Origin: Camelus dromedarius
Lineage: Eukaryota
Assembly (NCBI RefSeq): GCF_036321535.1
Contig: NC_087438.1
Location: 4,838,001 to 4,902,000, forward strand
DNA: 64,000 nt
Direction: 5' to 3'
Part shown: positions 40,105-53,670 of the stretch, in pieces
Numbering within the stretch: position 1 is the first letter of the stretch
How the letters are laid out: each line of letters starts with the position of its first letter
Position numbers and translations under genes: made by a program
Notes under the pieces: generated by a model
Database searches by the model: none
What the model saw: only the letters and a program-made list of their open reading frames with translations
Told to the model about the DNA's origin: nothing

Positions 40105-41366
40105 ACTTAAAAAAGAAGAAAGACTGTCAGTGATCTAAACATCCATCCCAAAGAGTTGCAAAAAGATCTGAAAATTAACCAAAAGATATTAGAAGCAAAG
40201 AGATAGTAGAGAGAGGAGCAGAGATCTATGAGCTAAGAAGCACACACAGAGTAGACACGGTCAGCCAGGACAAAAGCTGCTTCTTTAAAAAGACAAATGA
40301 AATCGATAAATCATAGCAAAACCGGAGAAGAAAACAAGACGGCAGGCATAGACTCCCCAGGCCAGTATCAGAAATGGAAAGGCAACTCACTACAGGTCTA
40401 CACGCACTAAAAAAAATCACAGGAGGATGCTGTGAACAGCTCTAGTAAATTTAACAGTTGGACATAATAGACACATTCATAAAAGACACAGAGTACCAAA
40501 GCAATGAGGGAAGTTCCAGACAAAATGGCGCCACCAGTAAATTCTACCCGATATTTAAGAAAGAACATCAATTTTATACAATTCCTTCCCCAAAATGGAA
40601 GAAGGAAATATTTATCTATAACACATACATCCAGGTTTTAAAATCTTTGGTTTTTAATGTGTACAGATATTTTAAAAGAATAATATTTTAAAACATGATT
40701 TTAGAAATCCTAAATGTATATGAATATTGAATATATATGAATATATATGTGATATATATGAATACTGGTCATGATGTCACATATACAAATATGTACTGAC
40801 ATGTAAATATATATGTGACAATACACCATGATCAATTGGATTTATTACAGAAGTGCAAAGTCGTTACCATTCAAAGTCAACACTGTAATTTGCTACAGAA
40901 ATAGAATCAAAGAGAAAAAGAGCATAATCCTCTCAGTAGGTGCAGGAAATGTGTTATGATGTGTTATGTAACAGTCAGTATTCTTCTACGATTTTTTAAA
41001 AAACTTTCACACAGTAGTACTAGAAAGGAATTCCCTTAATCTAATAAAGATATATATTTTTAAAAAACACTGTAGTAAAAATTAGTTTACTTAAAAGGCA
41101 AATATCATTTAAATGACAAGCTGTTGAAACATCCTTTCTGAGTTAAGAAACAAGCAAGGGACCTTCCTATTACCACTTCTGGTCAGCATTGCCCTAGAGG
41201 CCCTAGCCTCCGCAGTGAGGAAAGACAAGACAAGACATAGGACATTCGGAAAGGAAGAAATAAAAATAAACGTTGGCAGATAATACACATGTAGATCTAT
41301 AGAAAATATATATATGTTCATATATATAGTAAAAATGTATTTAGTAAAATTATTAGAGTTAAGAAG
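40105..41366 (+). mobile_element. Old L1 ORF2 fragment
   Basis: ORF2-like motifs ctgcttctttaaaaagacaaatgaaatcgataaa, ggcgccaccagtaaattctacc, ccctagaggccctagcctccgcagtgagg. Confidence 0.8.
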
Positions 41367-41605
41367 TGTGGCTTTAAACAACAGAAATGTATTCTCTTAC
41401 AGTTTCGGAGTCCAGAAGCCTGAAATCAAAGTGCAGTCAGGACCACGCTCCCTCTGAAGGCTCCAAGGGAACACTTCTTCCTTGCTTCTTCCAGTTCCTG
41501 ATGACTCTCGGCATTTCTGGCATTTGGTAGCATCGCTCCAGCCCCTGCCTCTGTTGTAGGACTTGGGCACATCATTGCGCAGGGGACACAATTCAACCCG
41601 CTACA
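41367..41605 (-). mobile_element. Internally deleted MLT1 (B/C-like) LTR
   Basis: gtggctttaaacaacagaaatgtattctcttacagtttcggagtccagaagcc...ggggacacaattcaacccgctaca. Confidence 0.8.
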
Positions 41606-44329
41606 TGGGAAAACTTCTGCTGGCGCTTCCTTTTTTTGTCCTTGACCCACCTGATGGGCAAGGGTGCACACCTCTGTGCGGTCTGGTGGGGAGCGCCCTC
41701 TGCCAGAGGCGGACACGACAGCAGTGAGCGAAGCACAGGGGTCCCTGGACACAGTCTGACTTCTATTTGGCCTTTTAGATTTGGCCTTTTTCATTGACTT
41801 AAGGAAAACTCTTTTGGAGTCTATAGTTTATAAATTTTTCCCGCATGTTATTATGCCCTTTCTGTAACCCTTATTCTTCATTAAATTCAAAGGGCCCCGT
41901 GTAGACTTACAATAGTGCTACAGAGCCCATCAGGTGCGGCCTCGCCAGGGTCTACTTCTCCAGATCCTGACGAGGAGCCTGTGCCAGGTGTGGTCACCAG
42001 GTGTGAGATGCTCTGGGCGCACCTGGAGAGGGGAGCCCGGGATGGAAGTGTGCACCACACGGAGAATCAGCGGCCAGGGACAGCCTGGGAAACACATCCA
42101 GGGGCACGTACCAGAGCAAGGCCACCCTCTGAGAAGGGGAGGACTGAGGCTTGGGCGGACGAGCACATCTGGAAACAGCTGCGACGCAGGCAGCCTTGAA
42201 CTTGTCGGCCATGGGGTCACAGGCTGCAGCGTGCGAGGGTCATGGCCTCCCGGGATCGTGGGAGCAACCCTGGGGACCTAACAGAACACCCTCGGGGGCT
42301 TCACTGGATCTGGTTAGCGATGAAAAGTTTCCGTGTGTATCAGGCTAAGTACAGGTATGACTGATGCCCGTGAGGTGACCTTGCACCTCAGCAGTGACGG
42401 GCTGCGCTTGCTACTGACCTGCTCACTGTTGTCTGCAGTCTTCAAGCGCGTTTTAGAAATCGGACGTTGACAGCACCAGTTCATCCAACAGTCCAAGGGC
42501 TCCTCAGCTTTCTCTTGGTCTCGCCTCCACATCCCCACCTCCAGCACCCGGTCCGCTTGCACGGCTTTGCAAGGAGCCCGGTGTTTCCTGAAGGCGTTGG
42601 GGCCTTTTTGTTCTCCTGGAATCTGTGGGTGTTCGTCCCCTCTCTGCTGTAGTCGGTGCCTGGCCTGTTCAGTGTTTCAGACACGCCACGCGGTGCAGGC
42701 CGGGCCTTGAGGGGCGGCTTTTCGGCAGCTGCGTGGTGCCGGAGGCCCGTCTCCCCCTAACCAGACTGGACAGTGTTTGACTCACCTCTCAGCCTCCCGC
42801 TCCACCCAGAGCCCGCATCACTGGGTGATAAATACAGAGCCGTGCCGCACGGCTTAGCCGAACCAGCCTTTTCTCTAAAAGTAATGCCTTTGGTCTGCCG
42901 GGAAATATTCTGAAGGTTAATATCCCCGAGTGCAGGAGAGAAAGAGAACAGAGCATTGCTTCCAGTCAGCTCAAATACATGATGATTTTGTGATGTTTCT
43001 AATTACCTTTTTTTTATTACAAAATGTATCTAGATGCCCACATCTCCAAGAGTGCAGCCCCAAAGAGCTGTGTGATCTGGAATCTCCCAGGTGGAGAATT
43101 CTGTCAGTTTTTTCAAATACATTTCTTTCAAATATAACTTTCTTTATGAAAATAACAGTACGACAGTGCAGCTTACAGTGGATGTTGATTAAATCATCTC
43201 AAGGAGTCACTTTTTGATAAATGATTCCGAGAGAAAGTTACTCTAAATGAACAGGGATTCTCGTTAATATAATTTGTACATCGACGCATGACATTCATAA
43301 AGTGACGGTATTTGAAAACAGATGAGTTAAAACAGAACAATTTAAAACAGAAGGCAGTGGGGACCTCTTCCCCACCTGGATTTTGTTCCAAGAAAGCAAA
43401 TTCAAAATACTACGTACTTTTAAGCACTGGTATTACACAACATTTTTGACAGCAGTGAATTCACTGAACAGATTTGCTAGCTAAGTGGCTAAAATGATTT
43501 CCTTTTTAACTATCTTGACCTAGTTGTGCTCAGCTGCACTTTCCAGAAAAAAAAGAAGAAAAGAACTGAAACAAAAAAGCCCATATAAAAATAGAAAAAG
43601 AATTTGAGCAAATCATGACCCCAGAACAAAATTCAGCACCCTGATTTGTCGTCTCACAACTTTCAACTCTTTTGAATTATTATCATCATTATTATTATAT
43701 TAAAATTACTACATTATAGAGTTATTTTAATTGCTAAAACAATTATTACATATGATTATTACTAAATTACTAAAATCATTATTACTGTAGTTGTAACAAT
43801 TACGACGTCAAACTTTGGAAATGGAGATGTGCCAAACTGTCTTTCCAAGGAAGTTCTATTTGTTGATCAATTATCAGGGAACTTCATGCTCAGACTGAGG
43901 AAGTGTTGCCAACTGGACTTTTACGAGGTCCCCATTTTTTGTTTTGTTTTAATATTAGCAAAGGCCTGGCACATATGTAATGGATACTCGGCAAATATAG
44001 GTGTTTAAGAAAAACATAGAATAAAGGATACAAAACAGACCCTTGGCAATAATGAGTGTGTATTTACAATCCATTCAGCACCGCAGTGTCATCAGGTGGA
44101 CAGCGGCAATTAGGCAAGGGCGGGGTAAGTTTAGTGATGGGCACAGATCTGAGAAGGGCTGAATTGGAGACCACGGGCAAGATGCTTTCTCCTGGTCGCC
44201 TTGTCAGATGGACATATTCCTCTCAAAATACATCAGGACTGTTACTTTGGTGGTTATTTTTAATGTGATGCATGCGCATCATGAGTAATTAAAGCAAAAG
44301 CTATCAACATACAGTAAAACATAATGAAA

Positions 44330-45360
44330 AGAAGCCTCCCTCATTATTGTGAAGTGACACAGTATTTCGTTCCATAAACGTAATTTGCTGACCCAGGGAG
44401 GTATTGATTCCAGGGTTTCACCACACCAAACAATGCCCCAGGGCACACGCTTGGACTTGCGTCCTTTCCTGCGCTTGCGTGTCTGAGGGATAACCTCCCA
44501 TCAGATAATCGCCAAATCAAAGGATACGTGCTTTTTAAATTTTGATAATACTGACATACTACTCTTCAAAGAAGCAACACTAAAGAATGCTTCAGCCATG
44601 ACATGGAAGACTGGCTTCCTCCAGCACTTTTGCCAACACTTGCCCAACTTAATTTTCCTTTTTTGATAATCTAATATTGAAAATGGTGTCATTTAGGTTT
44701 TATTGTATTTTTAATAAGCAAAGTTGAGTTTCCTTTTATATTTTTTAAAACATTTCTTCACATTTATTGCCCATTTTTCTATCATTTTTCTTTTCATATC
44801 CTTTTCCATTATAGGTTACTATGAGATATTGAGTATAGTTCTCTGTGCTATGCAGCAGAAACTTGTTTATCTGTTTTATATATAATTGTATCTGCAAATC
44901 CTGAAGTCCCAATTTATCCCTTCCCATCCCCTTTCTCGCCTGGTAACCATAAATTTGTTTTCTCTGTCTGAATCTGTTTCTCTATTGTTTTTTCTTTGTT
45001 AATGCTGATTAATGAAAGCTATTTATGTCTTAAAAATCTTAGCTCTTTATCTGTGATACATGTTCTGAATATTTTCCTAGTTTATTGTTTTGTTTTTACT
45101 TTATTTCTGGTATTTATTTCGCCATGCAATAAATTTTCATTTTTTATACAAACAAAGTAACATTTGTTCTTGTGATCTGAGTTTTGGATTTTGCTTAAAA
45201 TGTCTCTCCTACTCTGAGGTTATTAGTAAAATTTCTGTGTTCTCTTCTAGTATTTTTAAGTTTTAACTTTTAAAATGTAATTCTTACTTTTACCTGGAGT
45301 TTATTTTGATATAAAGGGTGAAGTATGAATGCAAGTTTATTTTTCCCAGATGCTAGTTAG
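44330..45360 (-). mobile_element. Old L1 fragment with nested younger L1 3' end (about 44745-44985)
   Basis: The younger piece ccattataggttactatgagatattgagtatagttctctgtgct..cccaatttatcccttccc sits inside decayed antisense ORF2-like sequence. Confidence 0.7.
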
Positions 45361-45568
45361 ACACTTGGCATACATGCACACATATGTATTTGTATACATG
45401 TGTATTATAGTTACGGAGTGTCACGTGTTTAGAAAAATGAGGACAAACTACCCAGTGCTAAGAGGGAGGTATTGATGATTTCTTAAAATAACATAAAAGA
45501 ACCCTTCTGAAGTGCTTAGAATTTCAGAATTATGAAACCCAAAGAAAGAAAAGTATGAGAAAGGATGC

Positions 45569-45956
45569 TGTTATGGACTGAATGTTTGTGCTCTTCCAAG
45601 TTCATATGTTGAAGTCTCAACTGGTGATGTGGATTTGGGGCCTCTGAAAGATAACTGAGTTAGATGAGGTCATGAGAATGGGCCTCTTGCCTAATGGGAT
45701 TAGCGCCCTTACAGGAAGACACCATAAGAAGAGACTCCAGAGAGTGTGGTCTCCTGGTCTCCACCCATCCTCATGCACCAAAGACAGTCCATGTGAGCAC
45801 ACAGTGAGAAGGCTGCTGTCTGCAAGGCGGGAGGGAGCCCTCACCAGAACCTGGCCATGCTGCTCCCAGCCTGCGGAGCTGTGAGAAGAGTAGTGGCTGC
45901 TATGTAAGCCCCTGAGTCTATGGCCTTTTGTTGTGCAGCCTGAACAGACTAAGACA
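45569..45956 (+). mobile_element. MLT1A-like MaLR solo LTR
   Basis: tgttatggactgaatgtttgtg...gactaagaca, with 5-bp TSD gatgc/gatgt. Confidence 0.9.
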
Positions 45957-48062
45957 GATGTCTTACTTACTTACCAGCTAAAATAAGTCCCACAATGCTA
46001 AAATAAAACAGAATGCATAAGGATTAGACATAAGGAAGAACTTTCTGATGATAAGACTGACAAAATGAGGTAGTGAGGTTTTCCTGAAAATCATCATGTG
46101 GGGAGGGAGTGGGAGGTAGAAGACGAATCCACCAAACCCTTCCGCTCCTGCAAAGTTAGAACACGCACCTGTTTGCAGGCCAGGAGATTTACAGTTCGAA
46201 TCCTCAAGCTTATTTCCTACTCAACACTTAAAAATTGGATGACATTAAAGTTAATACTTTTATTTAATGTTTCCACATGAAGCCACTGACCAACTGGTTT
46301 ATGACTACTTTCTACTTCGAGATCTAATATTTAAGAAAAATTTTTATGGACGTGATAATGGACTCTCCTTCAATGTGTTCAAATCTATTAAATGAAACAA
46401 ATTAAGGTTAAATTTTGTGAATACGTGGGCATTTTTAAAAATAGCTGACTTCGACCCACATTGCTTGAGTGTTGAGGAATCAAGGTAGACCCCATGCCAC
46501 ACCCACATCCATTCCTGCAGCCTATGGCATCCATCTTTGACTACACAACAATTTAATGGTAGTTTGGTATTAAACTCATAAACTCTATAAGCCTGGTTCA
46601 CAAGCACCAAGACTTTCTTGTGTAGGAAAGTTGATATTCAAAAGTGACAATCTGTGGGTGCATTGATGCCATATTTAAACTGAGGTCTTTTTTAAACATA
46701 GGTTCACGGGTTTCTTTGGCAGAGTGGGGACCCAGTGAAGCTATTAAGGTCTCACTTAGTACATTACTGCTCTGCTGAGGGCTGAAAGCTGTCCCTCCGG
46801 CACGAGGGAGCCTTTTGTTCTCCCCAAGTGCCCACACATTTTCAGGTAATGACTGGGGAGAACTTCCAATTTATAACTTGAGACCACAGAATATCATTCT
46901 GGAGGTAGCCAGAAACGAAAGAAAAAGAAAAAGATTCAGATAATCCACAGCATTAGAAGCTACAGCTGAGAAAATAAATTCTGAGTAGGAATTATTGGGA
47001 GATACTATTTCTTCAGTTTCTCATCTGGAAGAGCAAAAATGCGACCAGCAGCAGGAAAGAAAAAGCTGCCTGCAGTCCCAACTGGGTCTTATTTTATGAT
47101 GAGCCTCGGGCTAGATGGGCTGAATTTTAAATACCAACACACTGATGAAGATTACTTGGATTTAAAACCACTGGTGCATATGAATGAGCAGATATAAATC
47201 AAAGAAGGCCAGTGGGTGTCAAGATCAGAAGGACAGTGAGTTGCCAAAGGAAGCCTGTCCAAACAGCTCAGTTCTGACCACACAGCCACCCAGCAGTGTC
47301 ACTCAGGAACATCAAGGCTAGTTGGCGTCCCTCTCATGTTGAATCAGGGAAAATTCCATTACAAGGCACTGGTGACTTGGAATCTGACATGACTGGAAAG
47401 TTCAAGGTGGCCTGCCAGCCGTCAGCAGGTCGACTCAATTAACTGCTCCTGGGTGCCATGGTCCACAGATGAAGAAAAGCAGGAATGGAGTTCCAGCTCC
47501 TTCACTGAGGGACACCATGGGGAATGCAGAAATGATTAATGAGACCAACACATAATTCTTTCCTTGTGACACACACGCTCTCTGTTCTCCTTCCCAGTTC
47601 CTATTCCTGCTCTCTCCCCTCCTCTGAGGTCCCTCAGCCAGGTTCCAGAGCAGAGGCTCCAATCCATCAGTGTCTAAAAACGAGAAGGCATGTTTCCTTA
47701 AAGCCAATGCCAACTAGCTTCATTGGAAACGCTCTCTTCTCTAGCTCTCTGAATCATGCACTGCTAGGTTGTGGTGGTCTATTTCAGGGTAGTTGTTTAT
47801 TGTGAATTATGCGGTGGGTATTTCATTCATGTAAGGCTGCCCCTCAGCCTGGCAGATATGGCCTAGCAATCCTCAGCAGCTCAGGAAGCACCGACCCCGG
47901 GACATGCAGCTAGAATGCAGTTCAGAATCCAAGCAGCTCTGCAGCCACAGAGCCACGGCTCATCCGTCTTCGTTCTAGCCCTCTGTTCTCATTCCTCTGT
48001 GCCTGTCTCGTAAAAGACAGATTGCACAGTTACACAAGCAAGGGAAGGTTTTATTCAAAACG

Positions 48063-49266
48063 ACATTCCCACCGGCAGTGTAGGAGGGTTCCCTTTTCTC
48101 CACAGCCTCTCCAGTGTTATCCTTTGTGGACCTTTTTAACAATGGCCATTCTGACTGGTGTGCAGTTTGATTTGCATCTCTCTGATAATGAGTGATACTG
48201 AGCATTTTTTCATGTGCCTATTGGCCATTTGTATGTCTTCATTGGAGAACTGCTTGTTTAGGTCTTCTGCCAGGGTTTGGATTGGGCTGGGGTTTTTTTG
48301 TTATTAAGTTGTATGAGATGTTTATATAATCTGGAAATCAAGCCCTTCTTAGCCTCATCTTTTGCAAATATTTTCTCCCATCCCAATGGTTGTCTTTTTG
48401 TTTTGCTTATGGTTTCCTTTGCTGTGCAAAAGCCTATAAGTTTAATTAGGTCCCATTTGTTTATTTTTGCTTTTATTTCTATTGCCTGGGTAGACTGCCC
48501 TAGGAGAACATTGCTAAGATTTATATTGGATAATATTTTGCCTATGTTTCCTTCTAAGAGGCTTATAGTGCCTTGTATGGAAAACAGTATGGAGATTCCT
48601 CAAAAAACTAAAGATAGACTTACCATATGATCCAGCAATCCCACTCCTGGGTATATATCCAGAGGGAACTTGAATTCGAAAAGATATGTTCACCCCAATG
48701 TTCTCAGCAGCACTATTTACAATAGCCAAGACACAGAAACAACTTAAATGTCCATCAACAGATGACTGTATAAAGAAGAGGTGGTATATTTATACAATGG
48801 AATACTACTCAGCCACAAAAAATAACAAAATAATGCTATTTGCAGCAACATGGATGGACCTGGAGACTGTAATTCTAAGTAAAGTAAGCCAGAAAAGAGA
48901 AAGAAAAATACCTTATGATATCACTTACATGTGAAATCTAAACAAAAGACAAATGAACTTATTTATAAAACAGAAGTCAACTCACAGGCATAGAAAACAA
49001 ACTTACGGTTACCAGGGGGAAAGAGGGTGGGAAGGGATAAACTGGGAATTTGAGATTTGCAGACATTAACTACTATATATAAAATAGATAAACAACAAGT
49101 TTATACTGTATAGCTCAGGGAACTACATTCAACATTCTGTAGTAACCTATAATGAACAAGAATATGAAAAGGAATATACATATGTATGTGGATGACTGAG
49201 GCATTATGCTGTGCACCAGAAATTGACACAACATTGTAAACTGACTGTAATTCAATAGAAGTAGTA

Positions 49267-49324
<58 letters not shown>

Positions 49325-49340
49325 TAATAATAACAATAAA
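48063..49340 (+). mobile_element. 5'-inverted L1 with (AAT)n tail, inserted into an LTR
   Basis: About 48063-48574 is antisense ORF2 3' region. From about 48575 the sense strand runs tatggaaaacagtatggagattcc through the 3' UTR to an (AAT)n tail at about 49265-49335. Confidence 0.92.
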
Positions 49341-49344
49341 AGGC

Positions 49345-49695
49345 TACCGGAGTAGGGGAGAGAGTCTTCTCTACTTGATGTCAGGGGAGAGCTGGAACTC
49401 AATTCCACTGAAACAAAGGTGAGAGAGTTTTTAAGCACCAGGTGAGCTAGTGGGAAAGTCATGCAAGACACCGTTGGGGGGAGAGTCAACACGATTAAGC
49501 CCGCGGTCGCTGGGTTCTGCGTGTCTAAGTTAGGCTCCCGCCCTCCCACAGAGACTGGGACATGGGGGCCTGTCCTCCACGATGGTCACATTTTGAAGGT
49601 GGCCCCCAGTTCCTTGAGGGAGACATTTCCTGGGCTGTAAAACTGGCAAAAGGCTGAGAGAAGACCCCACACGTCAAAGGGGCAGAAAGAGGGAT
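49345..49695 (-). mobile_element. ERV LTR fragment (its other end probably at about 48004-48062)
   Basis: gaactcaattccactgaaacaaagg..ccctcccacagagactggga; the matching tttattcaa-bearing end lies left of the L1. Confidence 0.55.
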
Positions 49696-52649
49696 CCCCA
49701 CGGTAAGTCTTCCAAAGGAAGCGCTCCGGGTGAAGGGGAGCCGGGGGCGGGAGTCAGGAGGGGCCGGGCAGAGGCAAAGTGCAGTCGGGGCCGGGGAGCT
49801 CTCAGGCCATTCCAGTCAGTGTGCTTGTGCTTTGCCACCCGGAATCGCAGTCCAAACCCGGACCCCGACGCTGACCCCGTCCTCTCCCCTCTGCCCCTCC
49901 CAGCGTGCCCTCCCCACCCCACACACACTTCTTCCCCTTGCAGATCCTGTCTGGGTTCCAGCTTCACCACCTCAGGGCACCTTCCTGAGGTTCCCCCCCA
50001 CCCCGGGTCTGCTGCCACCATTCATGCTGCCGAGCATGTCACCCATCCCTGTGGCCTGTCCCTCCCACCAGACACTGCAAGTCTGCAGCTCAAGGACTGT
50101 GCCTTTCGTCTCTGGCCCTGGGGACCCAGCCTGGTGCTCGGACACATAGTCGGCATTCATTTAATGCTTACTGATTGGTAAACTAGTGGTTAAATGCCAG
50201 TTTTATTCAATTATCTCAAAGAAGCATTTGAATCTGTCAAGCTCCCCAGAACAAGGGCCTGAGTCACATGGAAGTGTTCGCAGAGGCTGCCTTTCAGGGT
50301 TCTCCACCTCGTGTGCACATGAAGCAGAGGCCCTCATCGCCAGATGGCGATCATATGGGGCTCCTTCTCAGCTTAGGAACCCTTCCTGAAGCATGCTATA
50401 TCTGTCCATCACATTACAGTTTATATAAACCTTCTGCATCACTTCATCTGATTTTTACAACTCGCCCATGCAGTAAAAGACCTTTTAGCTCCATTTAAGG
50501 GTGTGCTATCAGCAAGCTGCAAAGCCAGATGCTAACTCCAGGTCCAGAGTTCTTTCAATACCCTCACTCCCACCCCCCTCCCCCACTGCTACCCCCTCCC
50601 ACCCCATCCCCTATGCCCCACCCCATCCCCACCACTTCCTTCAACAAAAGCGCCTTTCTTTCCACCTGCTGTTAAACACACCGATTCTTAGAGAATGACA
50701 TGAATTCTACGTGATTCTGAATTTCTTCAGACATGATGACGTTTGTTTCTTAACATTTCAAGGACTGAAGGCCCTAGGAAAAATTAAAATTAACTGTTGC
50801 TGAGGGGAGAATAAATTTTAAGCTGTTCTTCCCCGTTTCCAGACTGCCACGAGGCCCGCCTCCATAGTCTTTAATTCATGCTGAGTCCAGATGTATTAGA
50901 GACCTCGTGGGCTATCTGCTAACTAAGGACATATTCTTGAATAAATCATTTACTTCTAAAGGCATATTGGCACCTACTCTCTTACCCATCCTCACCTGGT
51001 TACATCCATCTGTCTTCCCATTCTTTTTTTCTCATTTTACTGTATCAGGGAAGCAGAGAATTTCTGCCAATGAAAGGAAGTATGGGTAGCAGAAATATCT
51101 GCTATTGATATTATACTAGTAAAGATAATATGATGATCACCCAAAAATCATCTTTGCTGGAAAAAATAAATGAGTAGAATAGAGATAAGTGATTAAATAG
51201 GCGTTTCTAGAAATCCCGCCCCCACAACTTTACTGACATTGGTAGAGCTTCAAGGAGCTTTCCTCCTAGAAATCAGTAAGATACTTAAGATTCTATCAAT
51301 AAAGCAGTAGATGTGTCTTCCTTGATACAAGAAGCTGAGCTGGTACTTCACATCTCAATTGGGCATGGTGTCTCTGAGTGAACGTTTGATGATGGAATAA
51401 AGGGAGGCAGGGATGAGTAAATGAATGAATGAAGTGAGCTCATAGCAGCTTGGCTGAGGCTCCAAGGCACTGCCAGCTTCCCCCTCACTCCCGTCTCTTC
51501 CCTTCCACGGCCCTGAGGCTGCTCTCTATGACCCTTCGTCCGGGGAGTCACCTCTGCTCCTCTGGGTTGGACAAATTTAGTGTGGATTTAGATTCTTTCT
51601 TCAGATCACTAGGTATCAGTCTGCAAAGCTGAGAGGCACTGAATTCGAAGGGCTGAGGCCTTATTCAATGTGAGCCCAGGATGACCCACCAGTGACAGAG
51701 GGCTTAGACCAGGGACAGAGGCCAAGTCTACCTTCCCAGAAGGACCAGGGTCTGGCTGAGTGGCTGAGACAGGATGTGCAGTTCCAACCAGAGCAAGAGG
51801 CCCCAGGACAGGGCCACTGAGGCTCTGGGGATGCCATCCATCAAGGGCGTGCTACCTGCCACCACCAGCACAGAGATCCGATCACAGTCCCCAAGGCGCG
51901 GGTGAGTGAACTGAGATTTAAGACTGATTAGCAGCACATTCAGGCCTGGGTGGCAGATCTGGGTCTGGAACTCTGGTCTGTGTGTCCCAGAGCCTGAAAC
52001 TAAACCAATCAGTTCCCAGCACTGACCTTCCCCTCCTTTGGGATGAAAAGTGTGACAGTCTGTGGAGTGTCTCTTCCCGCCATCCTCCCCAGCAACAGGC
52101 TGAGAATGAGCTGGGAAGCTACGCCGAGCTACACCGTGCATCTCACGGACTCAGCAGAGCAGGTGTCACCTCCAAGACCAGGGGCCTGAAGGCTGAGGGA
52201 GGAGGAGCCGGGGGAGGACTTACCGAGCTTTCTGAGTGTCAAAGGGAAGCTATATGGCTTTTCGGGTGTAATTGAAAGTACTTGTGCAGTGCATTCACAA
52301 GAAACCAGAACAACTGCTTTCCAAGAAGCGATTTGCTAACTGAGGAAATGTGAGAGCACCTGTCACACTCATTTTAGGAGGCTTACCATCTGCTTCCTTG
52401 CAAATAATTTCAACAGGTGCAGAAGCATCACTACATTTTAGAGCCAGAAATATCATTATACAAATGTCTAAAATTACCTGAGGGTTTGGGCCACGAATGG
52501 ACTTCAAGTATCCATGAACATCTGGAAAACACATACACTTCGGCAGTGGCCTGTATGTGCATTTTTTTCCCCAGGGAGACAGTCCATTGATGTTATTAGT
52601 TCAGTCTGTGCCAAAAAAGTGTTTCAAAAAAGTGTTTCAAGTCCATAGT

Positions 52650-53670
52650 GACAAAAAATAAAGATGCACAGTTAGCAGGCAGGATGAACATCTACCTATA
52701 GCAGAAAGTCAATATGTAAACGTAGAAAGAAGGACAAAAAATCAGCATATTGCAGCCATTATGGTGTTGATTGCATCAGCCATCACAGAGCTAAAGTTGT
52801 TGATGAAAGTTTGTTGAGGAAAAAGGATGTATGCTCAGCCTTGAGTATCTCCCCAGAGATCGCTTATTACTCACACAAAAGAAAAAGTAGGGAGGGACCC
52901 AGGGGCCACCTCTTCAACCAAGTCATCAAAGTGGGTGTCACTGCCAACCACAGCCTCCAGAATGAGGCACCAAGAGAGACGCACCCTCATGCCCCAGATC
53001 TCCCAGCCCAAAATGCACACCCGAATCTGAACGTAAGGAACCCATTTTTTTCTTACTATTCCATGTCACTCAAATTTTATTTTATTACATGACAGAACCA
53101 AAACAAATAAAATTGATGGTCTGAATAAACAAAATTAATAAACCTCCATCAAATATGTGTTACACTAACAAGGAACAAAGGCAGTTGGTGGTAAAAACAC
53201 CCAAACTTCAGCTCTACAATTCAAGAAGGTCAGGGTCACAAAAGACAAAGGAGCAGGAGGAAATGTCCCAGACCAGAGGAGACCAGGGAGGCATGATGAG
53301 CTAATCCACAGGAAGCAGGGCTGCAGTCTACACTGTTGGGACATTTCAGTATGGAGTGTGAATCATATCGCACCACGGCGTCAGTGTAAACTTTCTGACT
53401 TGGATAACCGTGTTTTGGTTTTGGAAGAGGTTGTTTAGAGAAGTTTTTATTTAGGCCTAAAAGGGCCCGGTGTCTCCAACTGACTGTCAAATTAATGCCA
53501 ATGGTTATACATCATTGTAATCATCATCTTCTTGGTTAATTACACAAAAAGGAGAACCAGGCAGACATAGTCAGTGAGTCTAAGTGAGCGGGACTCAGTG
53601 GCTCATGGTATTTACTATTGTTGCAACTTTTCTGGGAGGTTGACATTTTTCAAATAAAAGAGTTGTAAAG
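52650..53670 (+). mobile_element. Old L1 (MC4/ME-like) 3' region
   Basis: ccacctcttcaaccaagtcatcaaagtgggtgtcact and ttgcaacttttctgggaggttgacatttttcaaataaaa. Confidence 0.65.

Noticed and set aside
49115..49549. Poly-Leu ORF
   Set aside because: Translation of the (AAT)n L1 tail.
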